NCBI GenBank assembly: GCA_008369845.1
Contig: MRSU01006943.1
Coordinates: forward strand, 1 to 33,011
Direction of reading: 5' to 3'
Length of the DNA: 33,011 bases
Source: Trichomonas gallinae
Taxonomy: Eukaryota
Within the stretch, counting starts at the first letter, position 1. Each line of letters begins with the position of its first letter. Made by a program: the position numbers and the translations under genes. This document shows, one piece after another, positions 10,471 to 20,240 of the stretch. The notes under the pieces were generated by a model. It did not search any database. It worked only from the letters and a program-made list of their open reading frames with translations, and was not told where the DNA came from.

Positions 10471-10475
10471 TCATT
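10471..10475 (+). promoter_or_regulatory. Initiator element TCATT
   Basis: Matches the trichomonad Inr TCAYW, starting 16 nt before the ATG at 10487. Confidence 0.5.
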
Positions 10476-10486
10476 CATATCTAAGA

Positions 10487-12031
10487 ATGTTTGCTTTCCT
10501 AGTGTACTCTGCTTTAACATCAAAAGGCTGTCCAGCAAGGATCCTCGACTCGTACACTTTAAATTTAACTATTTCTAACACAGAAAAAGTATGTATTAAT
10601 TCTGATAAATTTATTGTTTTAAGCGATAATGATTACCACGTTAAATCCGGAAGTAGGGAAGGAAAACCAGTTGTTGTTATATCAGATCAAGAATCAGAAA
10701 TCACATGCCAAGAAGAATCCTGCAATATTTTCATAACTCAAATACCAGATAACGAAAAAGGACGCATTTCTGGCACTAATTTTGATAATTTTGAAGTCCC
10801 AGCTGAAGTTTCCTTGGTTTTACCATTTCCAGCTGCAAAAAAAAAGTTAACATTTTATCCCGAACAGGAAACATCCTACCGTTTCGGTTCATTTAATGAA
10901 CATCTAAAAGCCAAACAAGTTTTAAAGACTGGATTGCCAAATAGTGTTACGTCATTTTTTCCAAATAGTTGCCAAGTCACATTTCATGATGAGAGTTTAC
11001 CAGACTTACCACCCAAGATAATGCCAACAGCCACTGGTTTCTATGACAAATCAGCCTTAAAAGATGCTGTGTCAGGTCAGCCAATAGATGAACAAACTGG
11101 TGGTGAAACAGGCGGAGAAACTGGTGGCGAAACAGGCGAAGAAACAGATGAAATTGATGATGTGAGTTCATTTAACAAATTAACTGAATACTCGTGCTCA
11201 CTGTTACTAAAACTACAAAATGTCCCATATGCATTACCAATTCCGAAAGGAGATTCGATTTGTTTCCCTCACAACATTGTTCTGTACTCTAAGGACAAAA
11301 TATTTGTCAAAGCACGAAACATTGCTGGAACCTCAGAGAACCAAACATTATCTGAAGTAAAGACCTACATCAATCCATTTGTTGTCCGCTCCAATGCAAA
11401 CGAAATTAAATGTGTTGATTCGAAGAATTGCTCTGTGATGGTTGGTCGTGTTGATCTCTCAGATAATGGATACAGTATCATAGTATTAGGTACACAAAAT
11501 GCTGAAATCTCTTTTAAGCAAACGATTTCAAGTCCAGATGTTGCTTTCAACTACTACAACAAAAATCCTGCACATTTCGAATTCAGGACGGACGGAAAGA
11601 CACAATATAAACCTCCAGAAGGTGACACAAATAGCTATCAAACAAGGTTTAAACTCACAGGCGAAGCGTCCGATGTCGTCATAATGATCACGCCAACGAA
11701 AACACAGAGCGAAGACGAAGATTGGTTCTTCCCAGAAATTGTTGGGAGATTCCCTGAGAAAGCAGTTGCATTCTCCGAAAATGATGTAAAGAAAGAATAT
11801 AATTCACCGGGATCAGTTGAACAGGCAAACAGCGAAATGGGCGATGGAAAGGCTGAGGAACCGAAAGTAGAAGGTGAACAAAAGAAGAAAGGTCTATCAG
11901 GCGGTGCAATCGCAGGAATAGTCATTGCTGTTATTGTTGTGATTGCTGTTGTAGTTTGCGTGTTAGTTTACTTTTTGGTCCTAAATAAGTCTAAATCTGA
12001 TACTGATTCTGGCAGCGGTCAAAATGCTTAA
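10487..12031 (+). CDS. Type I single-pass surface protein, 514 aa, two Cys-patterned ectodomain units
   Basis: Short signal-like N-terminus (MFAFLVYSALTS), (TGGE)n linker, C-terminal TM LSGGAIAGIVIAVIVVIAVVVCVLVYFLVL and a short tail, typical of trichomonad surface proteins. Confidence 0.85.
   Translation: MFAFLVYSALTSKGCPARILDSYTLNLTISNTEKVCINSDKFIVLSDNDYHVKSGSREGKPVVVISDQESEITCQEESCNIFITQIPDNEKGRISGTNFDNFEVPAEVSLVLPFPAAKKKLTFYPEQETSYRFGSFNEHLKAKQVLKTGLPNSVTSFFPNSCQVTFHDESLPDLPPKIMPTATGFYDKSALKDAVSGQPIDEQTGGETGGETGGETGEETDEIDDVSSFNKLTEYSCSLLLKLQNVPYALPIPKGDSICFPHNIVLYSKDKIFVKARNIAGTSENQTLSEVKTYINPFVVRSNANEIKCVDSKNCSVMVGRVDLSDNGYSIIVLGTQNAEISFKQTISSPDVAFNYYNKNPAHFEFRTDGKTQYKPPEGDTNSYQTRFKLTGEASDVVIMITPTKTQSEDEDWFFPEIVGRFPEKAVAFSENDVKKEYNSPGSVEQANSEMGDGKAEEPKVEGEQKKKGLSGGAIAGIVIAVIVVIAVVVCVLVYFLVLNKSKSDTDSGSGQNA
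11096..11143 (+). repeat. Coding 12-nt tandem repeat x4 (TGGE/TGEE) with 24-nt higher-order alternation
   Basis: ACTGGTGGTGAA ACAGGCGGAGAA ACTGGTGGCGAA ACAGGCGAAGAA. Confidence 0.85.
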
Positions 12032-12426
12032 GTTTTTAATAAACTTTCGGATTTCTCAACATTTAATTCTTTGATAAAGCTGTTGCAGTTCAACAAACAA
12101 GGAAAATGATAATCTAAATTTAATAATCGTCTTTTTTAATTTTAATTTATGATTCATTAATGACAGCACCAATCATGGTATTTCTTTTCTTTACTCGATA
12201 TTTTCTAAATGAATTAATATTGAAAATATCCAATAATATTAAATTCTATATGGCACTTCCTTTCATATTCTAATTCAAGAGAACTGCAGTTCTTCAACTT
12301 TTCAGATGTAAGGCTGCTCGCTGGTAGCTCAGGTGTGAGTGAGTAAGGGATCTTAAAATTTAAAATGTCAGAAAATTAAAATTGACACAAATTACATGAT
12401 TAAAATATTAATTGGCAATAATTATT

Positions 12427-12600
12427 TTACATGTCAATCATCTTTCTGAAAAATAAAAATTGACTCAAATTTTCAATTCGTCAGAGAATTTGAAAATAAA
12501 AAATTTACATGTCAAATAATTTGTTATGGCAAAAAAATATTTTACATGTCAATAATTAAATTCGAAATATAATTTTGACAATAAAGTATTTTACGTGACA
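12427..12600 (+). promoter_or_regulatory. Cluster of TTACATGTCA motifs upstream of the TOG gene
   Basis: Exact copies at 12427, 12505 and 12542, variant TTACGTGACA at 12591, followed by GTCACTTT at about 12613. Confidence 0.55.
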
Positions 12601-12660
12601 ATATTTTAATATGTCACTTTTTATTTCTAAACGGATAAAATTAATAAAAATTTTAAAAAA

Positions 12661-15600
12661 ATGGAAGAAATTGAAGCAGGAGATTGGAAATCGCGATTGC
12701 AGGCGTATGAGCATATTATTGAGCTCATGGCAACGCCAACAACCGCTCTATTGAATCAATTACAAGTACAATTGCCTAATTACCTCGCAGATATTAATCC
12801 TACTTGCCAGAAAACAGCCTTAACAATTTGCGACTTATTTTTCAAATCAGGAGCAGAAATCGAGTATGATACCATTGCGGCAACCCTTATTGACAAATGT
12901 TTAAGCGCGAGACAGCAAAATTCAGACGCAGCGGTCCCTTTAGTCATACAATGCCTCAAAAACAGCCGCGAAAAGGTTGCTGAGCTTCTTTTCAAGAAAA
13001 TCATGTCGAAATCACCACACACAATCCTTGCAGTTATATCAGTAGTTATCGCACACCTTGTTTCTTTAACGCCAAAAGACAGCGAAGAAGCAAATCACTT
13101 CATACAACTTCTCACGCCTCTACTACAGCACAACGACCCTAAAATACAGAAAGAAGCAAGCGGAGCAATCGAATCAGCAAAAGTTGCAATTGGAAAATTC
13201 GATGCTACAGATCCTAACTCGTCGAAATCGCCTTCTAAGGAGCTGGTGACGCCGTCCAAACAACCCTTATTTGAAGGAGAAAACAGCTGGCCGACTTTGA
13301 TTATTTCAGAAACGTGGAAAGACAGAAAAGCGGGCTACGAATTACTCCTTTCGCTTATTACACCAGATTTTCCGCTTGCACAATACGAAAATATGTTTTT
13401 AAACGCAATAAATGATGAAAAACATGTTGCTTGCAACGAAGTCGCTGTTCAGTGCATCGAAAAGCTTGCACTGACATTCAAATCCCAATTATCGCGCAGA
13501 TTACGTGAATATATTACGCCTGTATTAAATGCAATGAAAGAAAAACGTCAAAGTCGCTTTTCAAATCTTCAAAGTGCCTTCGATGCCGTTGCTCTCAACA
13601 TTGTATCAGGTTCGCCGTACGAACAACCATTTTTAGAGTATATTCTCAAAATGTTGACAAATCAATCGATTCGTTTACGAGAAGAAGCTGTTGCCTTCAT
13701 TATTCGATGCCCAGTTTTACCAGTTTCGGCACCTGTACAAGATCAGCTCATGAAAATGGCTGATGATGCAAATCTTTCTGTCAGAGACGCCGTTGCTAAA
13801 GCACTCACTAAGATTGGACTCCAAAAGACAGGAGAAATCAAAATACCAGAGAAACAGCTCCAAGTTGCGAGGCAAAGAGCAAAATCTCCAGATACAAGAA
13901 GATCAATTAAGCGTAAACCGACTTCACAGACAGCTGTAAACGTTTGGAGGGACTGGATAGAAGACGAAACAAATAACCTTTTGACAAGTGGCCAATGGAA
14001 TCAGGTTACATTGGGTCTTGAACAAGTTCGCAAACAGTTTGAAGAGGATGCTTCAAGCAATCCACAAGCTATAGCTGCTGGACTTTCCAATACATTCATC
14101 GGAAAGACATTTACACCAAAAGTTATGGCGAATATTGTCAAAGATATTTTATTCTTCATTAAAAAGGAAGATTCACAGAAGATGGCTGATGATGCCATCT
14201 CACAAGTCCTTTTGTTTGCATTAGAAAAACTTCCTGACAAAAAATTAGAAGCATCATTATTCGAACTCTTAGATGCAACTTGTGAATGCAATGGTGGACA
14301 GTATGTCTTTAATTTCTTCTACCAGCACCTTGGCGCAAAGAATCCTGTCATTCCAAACAGAATCGCAACATATTTCGCTCATTATCTCAGTCTTCAAGAA
14401 ACTTCTGATATCGACATAGAAGGCTTTTCACAGCAGATCAAGCCTTTGTTCACTCACAGCGATCAAAGCGTGAGAAAAGCTGCAAATGAATGTTTAGTCG
14501 CCGTTTCTAACCTAGGTGGCACAGAAATGCTCGACAACTTCAAATGCGTCAAAGCACAGCAGATCAAAGAAGCCAAAGAGAGAAACAACGATAATCAAAA
14601 CAACGAACTCGACAAAGTTGTCCAATTAAACGAAATTCCATCAGATATATCCGACAAAGAGCCGCCATCTGTCATACAGTCAAACATTCCGACAAAACAG
14701 AAGCCGCAGTCATCAATTCCTGTTCCTAAGCGTTCTCAGTCACCTAAGAAGAATACAAGGGCTGGACAGTCGCCTGATCCAAAGAGTGCCAGAGATTCAT
14801 CGCCAGAACAACGCGCATTATTCAGCAAGAACATTTTGAGCGCTGTAACACGTGCAGGCTCAATGCTCGAATGCAAGAAAGGCATGGAAGAGGTAGAGTC
14901 AATGCTCACTAAAATGCTCGAGAAGGATAAAGCGAATACTATTCCATATTCTGATTTCGCTCCATTATTCGAAAGATTACGTCCATGGTTCAAAGACTCA
15001 AACACAAACATTGTATTAAGTGTTGCCAAAGACGTGAATCTTTCGTTGAAGTTAATCAACGTTTCTGACATTGCAAATATTCCGAAAGAGTTCTTCAGTG
15101 ATATGATGCTTTTGCTGAATTTCACTGTCAAACAGATAAGGTTGATGTGCCTTCAAAACATGAATTTGGTTTATTCAATGTGGCCTTCTTTCATCCCAGA
15201 AGTTTATCTCGACGTTTTCCAGCGCTTGAACGCTGAAGGAAAAATCTACGCTATCAGATTTTTGAAGGATCTCAACTATGATATGGACGTGCAAACATAT
15301 GCAAGCTTCATTACAAACTGCATTGCAAATAAAAGTGATGAATTCCATGAAGCAGCAAATCCAATTATTATTCAGTTCCTTAACCTTCCTGGTGCTGTTG
15401 AAGCTGTCAGCAAAGCAGCCGAAGAGTTCCCACCTGCTAAGAAGTCACACATCAAGTCAGCGATGCAGATTTTGCTGAAGAAAGATTCACAGCAGAATCA
15501 GAGGAACGATTCAAAACCACAGGAATCATCTCTCTTCAATCACACGCCAACACGCGATGAAACTGACGAGAGAATTTCTGGAATTGATCCTTTCTTGCCT

Positions 15601-17349
15601 CTCAAGATTTTGAACATGGACGAAGACTCAGAGTCGTTGACAGATATTCTCAAAGCTCACGCTGAGACTTACTTCCCAGAAACAATCATGGATACTGATT
15701 TATCCGTTATTTCATCAACATGCAAGATGCTTTTACAGATATTATCAAAAGATTTCGAGCACTTTTCACTCATATTGGATATTGTATTCCTTTGGTGTGC
15801 ATATCAGACACTTTTGATGCGTCAAATCGACGGTTTTGCTGAAATCATCGGCTTTCTTGAAAGTCTTCTTCCAGCTCTCAAAGAACACGACAGACAGTTA
15901 ACACAATATGAATCATCTCTTATTACACCGATGATTCTTGAGTGCTATGGAAGAAACAGCTCGACGTGGTCTCGCGTCAAAGAATTCATTTTCGAGTCAT
16001 GCGATACACAAGTTTTGCTCGAAGTTTTAGTTCACATTTTATCGATTGCTACATCAGTTTTCGTTCTGACTGCTACTTACCAATGGCTCACAGAGATCAT
16101 CCCTAATGCTGACGTCACTCCTTATGTCGATGATTTGAGGAACAGCTCTGCAAAAATATTGAAACTTGTTTCGGCAAACAAAGCAGAGAATCCAGAAATA
16201 TTCAACGCCGCGACAGAATTCAACAAATTCCTCGAAGACTACATCAGCCCTCCGCAGCCACAATCACCACAGCAACAGCAGCAGTCTCCACTTGCATCAC
16301 CACAGCATCAAGACTTAGAATCGCCAAAGAAAGAAGTCATCGAATCTCCGAAGTCTCCGAAGAAAGGAAAGAGAGTCTCAGAGCGAATCCAAGAGCCAGA
16401 GCTTGATGAAGACGACAACGAGCCACAGTTTGTCGAACCACCACGCAGTGCCAGAGAGAGCAGCAAGTCTGAAGCACCAAAGATGTCAGTTTGCATGCTA
16501 AACGATGCAGTAAGTGATGCACTCGAAGATCCAAAGATAATGATTTATTCATGGATCAACGATTTGATGTCGGACGAAACAGGCACTGCTGTTCCAGCTC
16601 TCAAAGCAATCTCAGCTCAACTCAAGAAGGATGAAGCCATATTCAAGAATCATCTTGACGCATTGATGGTTTTGCTTTTATCTAAAGTCCACACGAATTT
16701 CGCGATGGCAGAGCCACCAACTAGATTCTGCAAATACATCGCTTTCTGCTTGCTCACTCTCTTCAGTGAAACCAAGCTGTCTCCGCTCATTCCTAAGGAG
16801 TACATTCAGCAATTGTTATATGAAATGATGACTCACTTGACAAATGGAACTGCTGAAGGTGTTCTCAATCAAGTTATGAACGCAATCATCATTAAAGTCA
16901 TCGAAGACTGCTCGATGTTTGCATTCATGGGCTTACTTGCTGCCATCGGTGAATATGAAGGCGACTGGCAGAGGAACTTCAGCGAGAAATGGCTTAGACT
17001 CGCAATCAAGTGCTTCGAAGCTGCAGGCGCAAGAATTTGCGAGCTCGGAAATCAAAATGATATATTTAATTCATTTGCGCTCATTGACCAGTTCTTTGAG
17101 ATGCATGACAAAGAAAGCATGCAGAAGTCTCAGATGGGACTGAAGGCATATCAGTCAATCAAGAACTATGGAGAACTCGTCATGAAGAATTACAACGATG
17201 TTATTACATCAAAAGATAACCTGAAGAAACTCGGTCCAAACTCTGTTATTCTTCACCTGCTTAACGTTAATGTTTCTCAAAGCTCATCCATACAATCATC
17301 TGGACATCAACCAAGTAGACTGAAACCACTTAGAGGTGGTAATATGTAA
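12661..17349 (+). CDS. XMAP215: XMAP215/Dis1/ch-TOG (CKAP5/MOR1) family TOG-domain microtubule polymerase, 1562 aa
   Basis: TOG-start motifs DWKSRLQAYE, TWKDRKAGYE and QWNQVTLGLE; HEAT repeats (FKDSNTNIV, HSDQSVRKAA); basic Ser/Pro linkers; C-terminal RFCKYIAFCLLTLF...LNQVMNAIIIKVIE resembling the CKAP5/MOR1 C-terminal domain. Confidence 0.85.
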   Translation: MEEIEAGDWKSRLQAYEHIIELMATPTTALLNQLQVQLPNYLADINPTCQKTALTICDLFFKSGAEIEYDTIAATLIDKCLSARQQNSDAAVPLVIQCLKNSREKVAELLFKKIMSKSPHTILAVISVVIAHLVSLTPKDSEEANHFIQLLTPLLQHNDPKIQKEASGAIESAKVAIGKFDATDPNSSKSPSKELVTPSKQPLFEGENSWPTLIISETWKDRKAGYELLLSLITPDFPLAQYENMFLNAINDEKHVACNEVAVQCIEKLALTFKSQLSRRLREYITPVLNAMKEKRQSRFSNLQSAFDAVALNIVSGSPYEQPFLEYILKMLTNQSIRLREEAVAFIIRCPVLPVSAPVQDQLMKMADDANLSVRDAVAKALTKIGLQKTGEIKIPEKQLQVARQRAKSPDTRRSIKRKPTSQTAVNVWRDWIEDETNNLLTSGQWNQVTLGLEQVRKQFEEDASSNPQAIAAGLSNTFIGKTFTPKVMANIVKDILFFIKKEDSQKMADDAISQVLLFALEKLPDKKLEASLFELLDATCECNGGQYVFNFFYQHLGAKNPVIPNRIATYFAHYLSLQETSDIDIEGFSQQIKPLFTHSDQSVRKAANECLVAVSNLGGTEMLDNFKCVKAQQIKEAKERNNDNQNNELDKVVQLNEIPSDISDKEPPSVIQSNIPTKQKPQSSIPVPKRSQSPKKNTRAGQSPDPKSARDSSPEQRALFSKNILSAVTRAGSMLECKKGMEEVESMLTKMLEKDKANTIPYSDFAPLFERLRPWFKDSNTNIVLSVAKDVNLSLKLINVSDIANIPKEFFSDMMLLLNFTVKQIRLMCLQNMNLVYSMWPSFIPEVYLDVFQRLNAEGKIYAIRFLKDLNYDMDVQTYASFITNCIANKSDEFHEAANPIIIQFLNLPGAVEAVSKAAEEFPPAKKSHIKSAMQILLKKDSQQNQRNDSKPQESSLFNHTPTRDETDERISGIDPFLPLKILNMDEDSESLTDILKAHAETYFPETIMDTDLSVISSTCKMLLQILSKDFEHFSLILDIVFLWCAYQTLLMRQIDGFAEIIGFLESLLPALKEHDRQLTQYESSLITPMILECYGRNSSTWSRVKEFIFESCDTQVLLEVLVHILSIATSVFVLTATYQWLTEIIPNADVTPYVDDLRNSSAKILKLVSANKAENPEIFNAATEFNKFLEDYISPPQPQSPQQQQQSPLASPQHQDLESPKKEVIESPKSPKKGKRVSERIQEPELDEDDNEPQFVEPPRSARESSKSEAPKMSVCMLNDAVSDALEDPKIMIYSWINDLMSDETGTAVPALKAISAQLKKDEAIFKNHLDALMVLLLSKVHTNFAMAEPPTRFCKYIAFCLLTLFSETKLSPLIPKEYIQQLLYEMMTHLTNGTAEGVLNQVMNAIIIKVIEDCSMFAFMGLLAAIGEYEGDWQRNFSEKWLRLAIKCFEAAGARICELGNQNDIFNSFALIDQFFEMHDKESMQKSQMGLKAYQSIKNYGELVMKNYNDVITSKDNLKKLGPNSVILHLLNVNVSQSSSIQSSGHQPSRLKPLRGGNM

Positions 17350-18122
17350 ATTAGATTTTTTGTTTTTCTTTAGCAAACTATCATCTTTTTAATTTTTTAT
17401 CATGAAAAAAAAAAACTCATTTTTATTCATTCTGTGAAAATTTGTTGCATGTTATTGCAAAAATTAAAGCAGATAACGTGTGTAAAGATATAAATTTATT
17501 TGATTTTGTTGGATGATAGATATCTTAAAGATAACAACATTTTGAATGGAAATATTATTATTTTAGGCACGTCACACCCATTTTTTGGTGGTTAAGCTTT
17601 AAAAATAGAAAGATTTAATTTCACCTTATATAAATATTTTTTGTCATGTATTGATTTTTACATGACAAAAATTAATGAAACCGTTGACGTTAGCAAGTGG
17701 TTTACATGGAGAATTTTTTTCCATTGCTTTTGCAAGCTGAGGAGTTTGTGCATTGTCACTGCTATATTTTGCCATTTGACAAATAAACAATTTAATAGTA
17801 ATTTAATTTGGCACTTTTATTATTTTGTATGCACAGTCTTTTTATTAAATCTCAACGAAGAGGTTGGTATTTTAAACAAAATACAGCCCTAATCATTAAT
17901 AATAAACATATTAAAGGGTCTTAAAAGAATTTACAGGGACCTTCATTGTAAAATTTGTCAACTATTTTTTAAGATTTCGTTTGTAGAATTTTTTTGCAAT
18001 ATGTGGCACACTGTAGCATTAAAAGCATTCCGAATTTTCTGTCATTTAGAAAAAGTAAAAAATTATGACAACTAAATTAATCGGTCCTATGTGGATATAT
18101 ACGATCGATTCCTACTTTTGAA

Positions 18123-18130
18123 GTCACTTT
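18123..18130 (+). promoter_or_regulatory. GTCACTTT (Inr-containing; reverse complement of AAAGTGAC) upstream motif
   Basis: The same octamer lies upstream of the TOG (about 12613), Ras (18123) and Myb (24784) start codons. Confidence 0.5.
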
Positions 18131-18166
18131 TTGAATGTTAAAAGTTTTTGAACTTTTTTATAAAAA

Positions 18167-18715
18167 ATGGCTGAGCAACAATACAAGATCGCTGTCCTTG
18201 GAACAGGTGGTGTCGGTAAGACATGCATCGTTCTTCGTTTGACACGCTCTAAGTTCGACCCAGAATACGTCCCAACAATTCAAGACTTTTTCGAGAAGCA
18301 AATGGTGATCGATGATAAATCTTATCTCTTGAACATCATTGATACTGCCGGTCAGGAAGAAATGAGCCCAATCACAGATATTGCCATCAAAGAGGCGCAA
18401 GCGTTTGTTATTGTATATTCAGTTAAATCTACAATCTCATTCCAAGAAACAGAGAAATATTACAACAAGGTTAAGCAAATCAACCAATCACCAAAGATCG
18501 TTCTTTGCGGAAACATGTGCGATGTCTCCTCCGAGGACAGAGCTGTAAACCAGTCTCAGGGCTATACTTTAGCTCAAAAGTGGGGATGCAGCTTCTTCGA
18601 AACATCTGCTAAGGATGATATCAATATTAATGAAACATTCCAATGTGCTTTGAAATTATTGCTCCCACAGGGCAAGAATAGCCAGTCTGGCGGAGGTTGC
18701 TGTTATATTGCTTAA
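18167..18715 (+). CDS. Ras/Rap-family small GTPase, 182 aa, prenylated (CAAX)
   Basis: G1 GTGGVGKT, effector YVPTIQD, G3 DTAGQEE, G4 variant NMCD, G5 ETSAK, C-terminal CCYIA. Confidence 0.95.
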   Translation: MAEQQYKIAVLGTGGVGKTCIVLRLTRSKFDPEYVPTIQDFFEKQMVIDDKSYLLNIIDTAGQEEMSPITDIAIKEAQAFVIVYSVKSTISFQETEKYYNKVKQINQSPKIVLCGNMCDVSSEDRAVNQSQGYTLAQKWGCSFFETSAKDDININETFQCALKLLLPQGKNSQSGGGCCYIA

Positions 18716-19448
18716 AACAAATACAAATATTTCTTCGAAATTATAGAACCAAATTTTCACGTAAATTAGCTTTGATGTTTTAACATTTTTTATTATTTGC
18801 ACCCATATACGTCATGGCGATTCATGGAACAATATCCATGATACGACGAACATATATTGGCATAATTTCATAATTTATTTTTATATAATGAGAGTAATGC
18901 ATTTCATGTCTTTAAGACATGCTTTTTATAAATTTTAATAGATTTCACTGCATCTCCAAGGGAAAAATATAGAGCCATATTAAATCTTTGGTTAAAATGG
19001 CTGTTTACTACAATGTATGTGGATATATTAATGATCATTAGCATGAGATGATATAAAAAGTGATATACATCACGAAAAAAACAACAAAAACGAAATTTAA
19101 GGAATTTTATGCTTAAAAGCACTCGATTCTTGAATGTGCATTTCAATACATCATAATTTTATATTTTCGAAAACTCTAGTCCGATGAGAGGATCGAAATT
19201 TTTGCAGTTGCATTAAAAATTTCGTATAGTCAAAGAATATTGATATTATTGCAATATATAACGTACGAAATGGATAAATACCAATAACTGAAAGACCAAA
19301 GACAGACATTAGACGATTTTTATTAAAACAGATTGTAACCAAAGACAGATATCAGACGAATTTACGGATGAAATAAAAATAGGTATAAAATTAGCTTTTA
19401 TACATAATACTTATATTTAATGCATAACTACATGTAAAACTAACTAGA

Positions 19449-19691
19449 TCATCCGCACTTCCAGCTTTGAACAGCAACCGGATCGATATCGAAGTAGATG
19501 AAATGCTTTTTCTCGTAGGTGACGAAGGTGCCGAATGAGCGGCAGACGACACAGTGCCATGTTAGTTTGTATGTCTTGTCAAACTCTTTCTTGATATAGG
19601 AAGCAATATCTTTCTCAATGTTGAAGGAATCGAGGGCCTGGGTGGCTGTATCGATGGCCTTCTGCTGTATTTCGTCGGAAATATCGACCAT
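19449..19691 (-). CDS. Dynein light chain type 1 (LC8 family), divergent and possibly N-terminally truncated
   Basis: ATQALDSFNIEKDIASYIKKEFDK...TWHCVV.RSFGTFVT.EKKHFIYF...WKCG. Homology continues in frame upstream of the ATG (KRAVFK). Confidence 0.85.
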   Translation of the reverse strand: MVDISDEIQQKAIDTATQALDSFNIEKDIASYIKKEFDKTYKLTWHCVVCRSFGTFVTYEKKHFIYFDIDPVAVQSWKCG

Positions 19692-20240
19692 CTTGAAAAC
19701 AGCGCGCTTGTTTATTAAATATCAATTAACTTCTGCGAGCTTATTTCAGATGAATTATTATGTAGAATGGTACCATTTGTAGTGTTATTAGAGCATGTTA
19801 ATGTATACGAAACCAATAATGAAAAAATTAAGCAAATATAGTCGCAAACGCGTGAAAAATATGCAAACACTATCATAGAAGCATAATTAAGCCAAAAATC
19901 ATGTTATACATGTAACATCAATTTGTCACCTTTAAGTCAAAAAATATTTACATGTCAAAATGTATAATATTTGATTTTGAGTCATTCAACGTAGAAAGTT
20001 TTCAAAACGGAACAATTCCATGTTTAATGAGATTATTAACGTATATCAATGGAAAACTGTGTGTAAATGTTTGAAAAAAGTGTTGATATGAAAATGATTT
20101 TTGACATGTAAAGTTTGTCAAAAAATTCGAATTGCTCAAAATTTTATATAAATAAATAGAGAATATATATGCTGTTTGGGGAATAGAAAATAATTGAGAA
20201 TATTTGTAAATTAACGCCCTTAAACTATTTTTAATTAGAA

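Noticed and set aside
10572..10584. CTAACACAG resembling the trichomonad intron 3' motif
   Set aside because: Does not match ACTAACACACAG and lies in an uninterrupted ORF with no matching 5' splice site.
12391..12600. CRISPR-like or satellite array
   Set aside because: The repeat core is only about 10-12 nt with irregular spacing (78, 37, 49) in a eukaryotic context; better read as a motif cluster.
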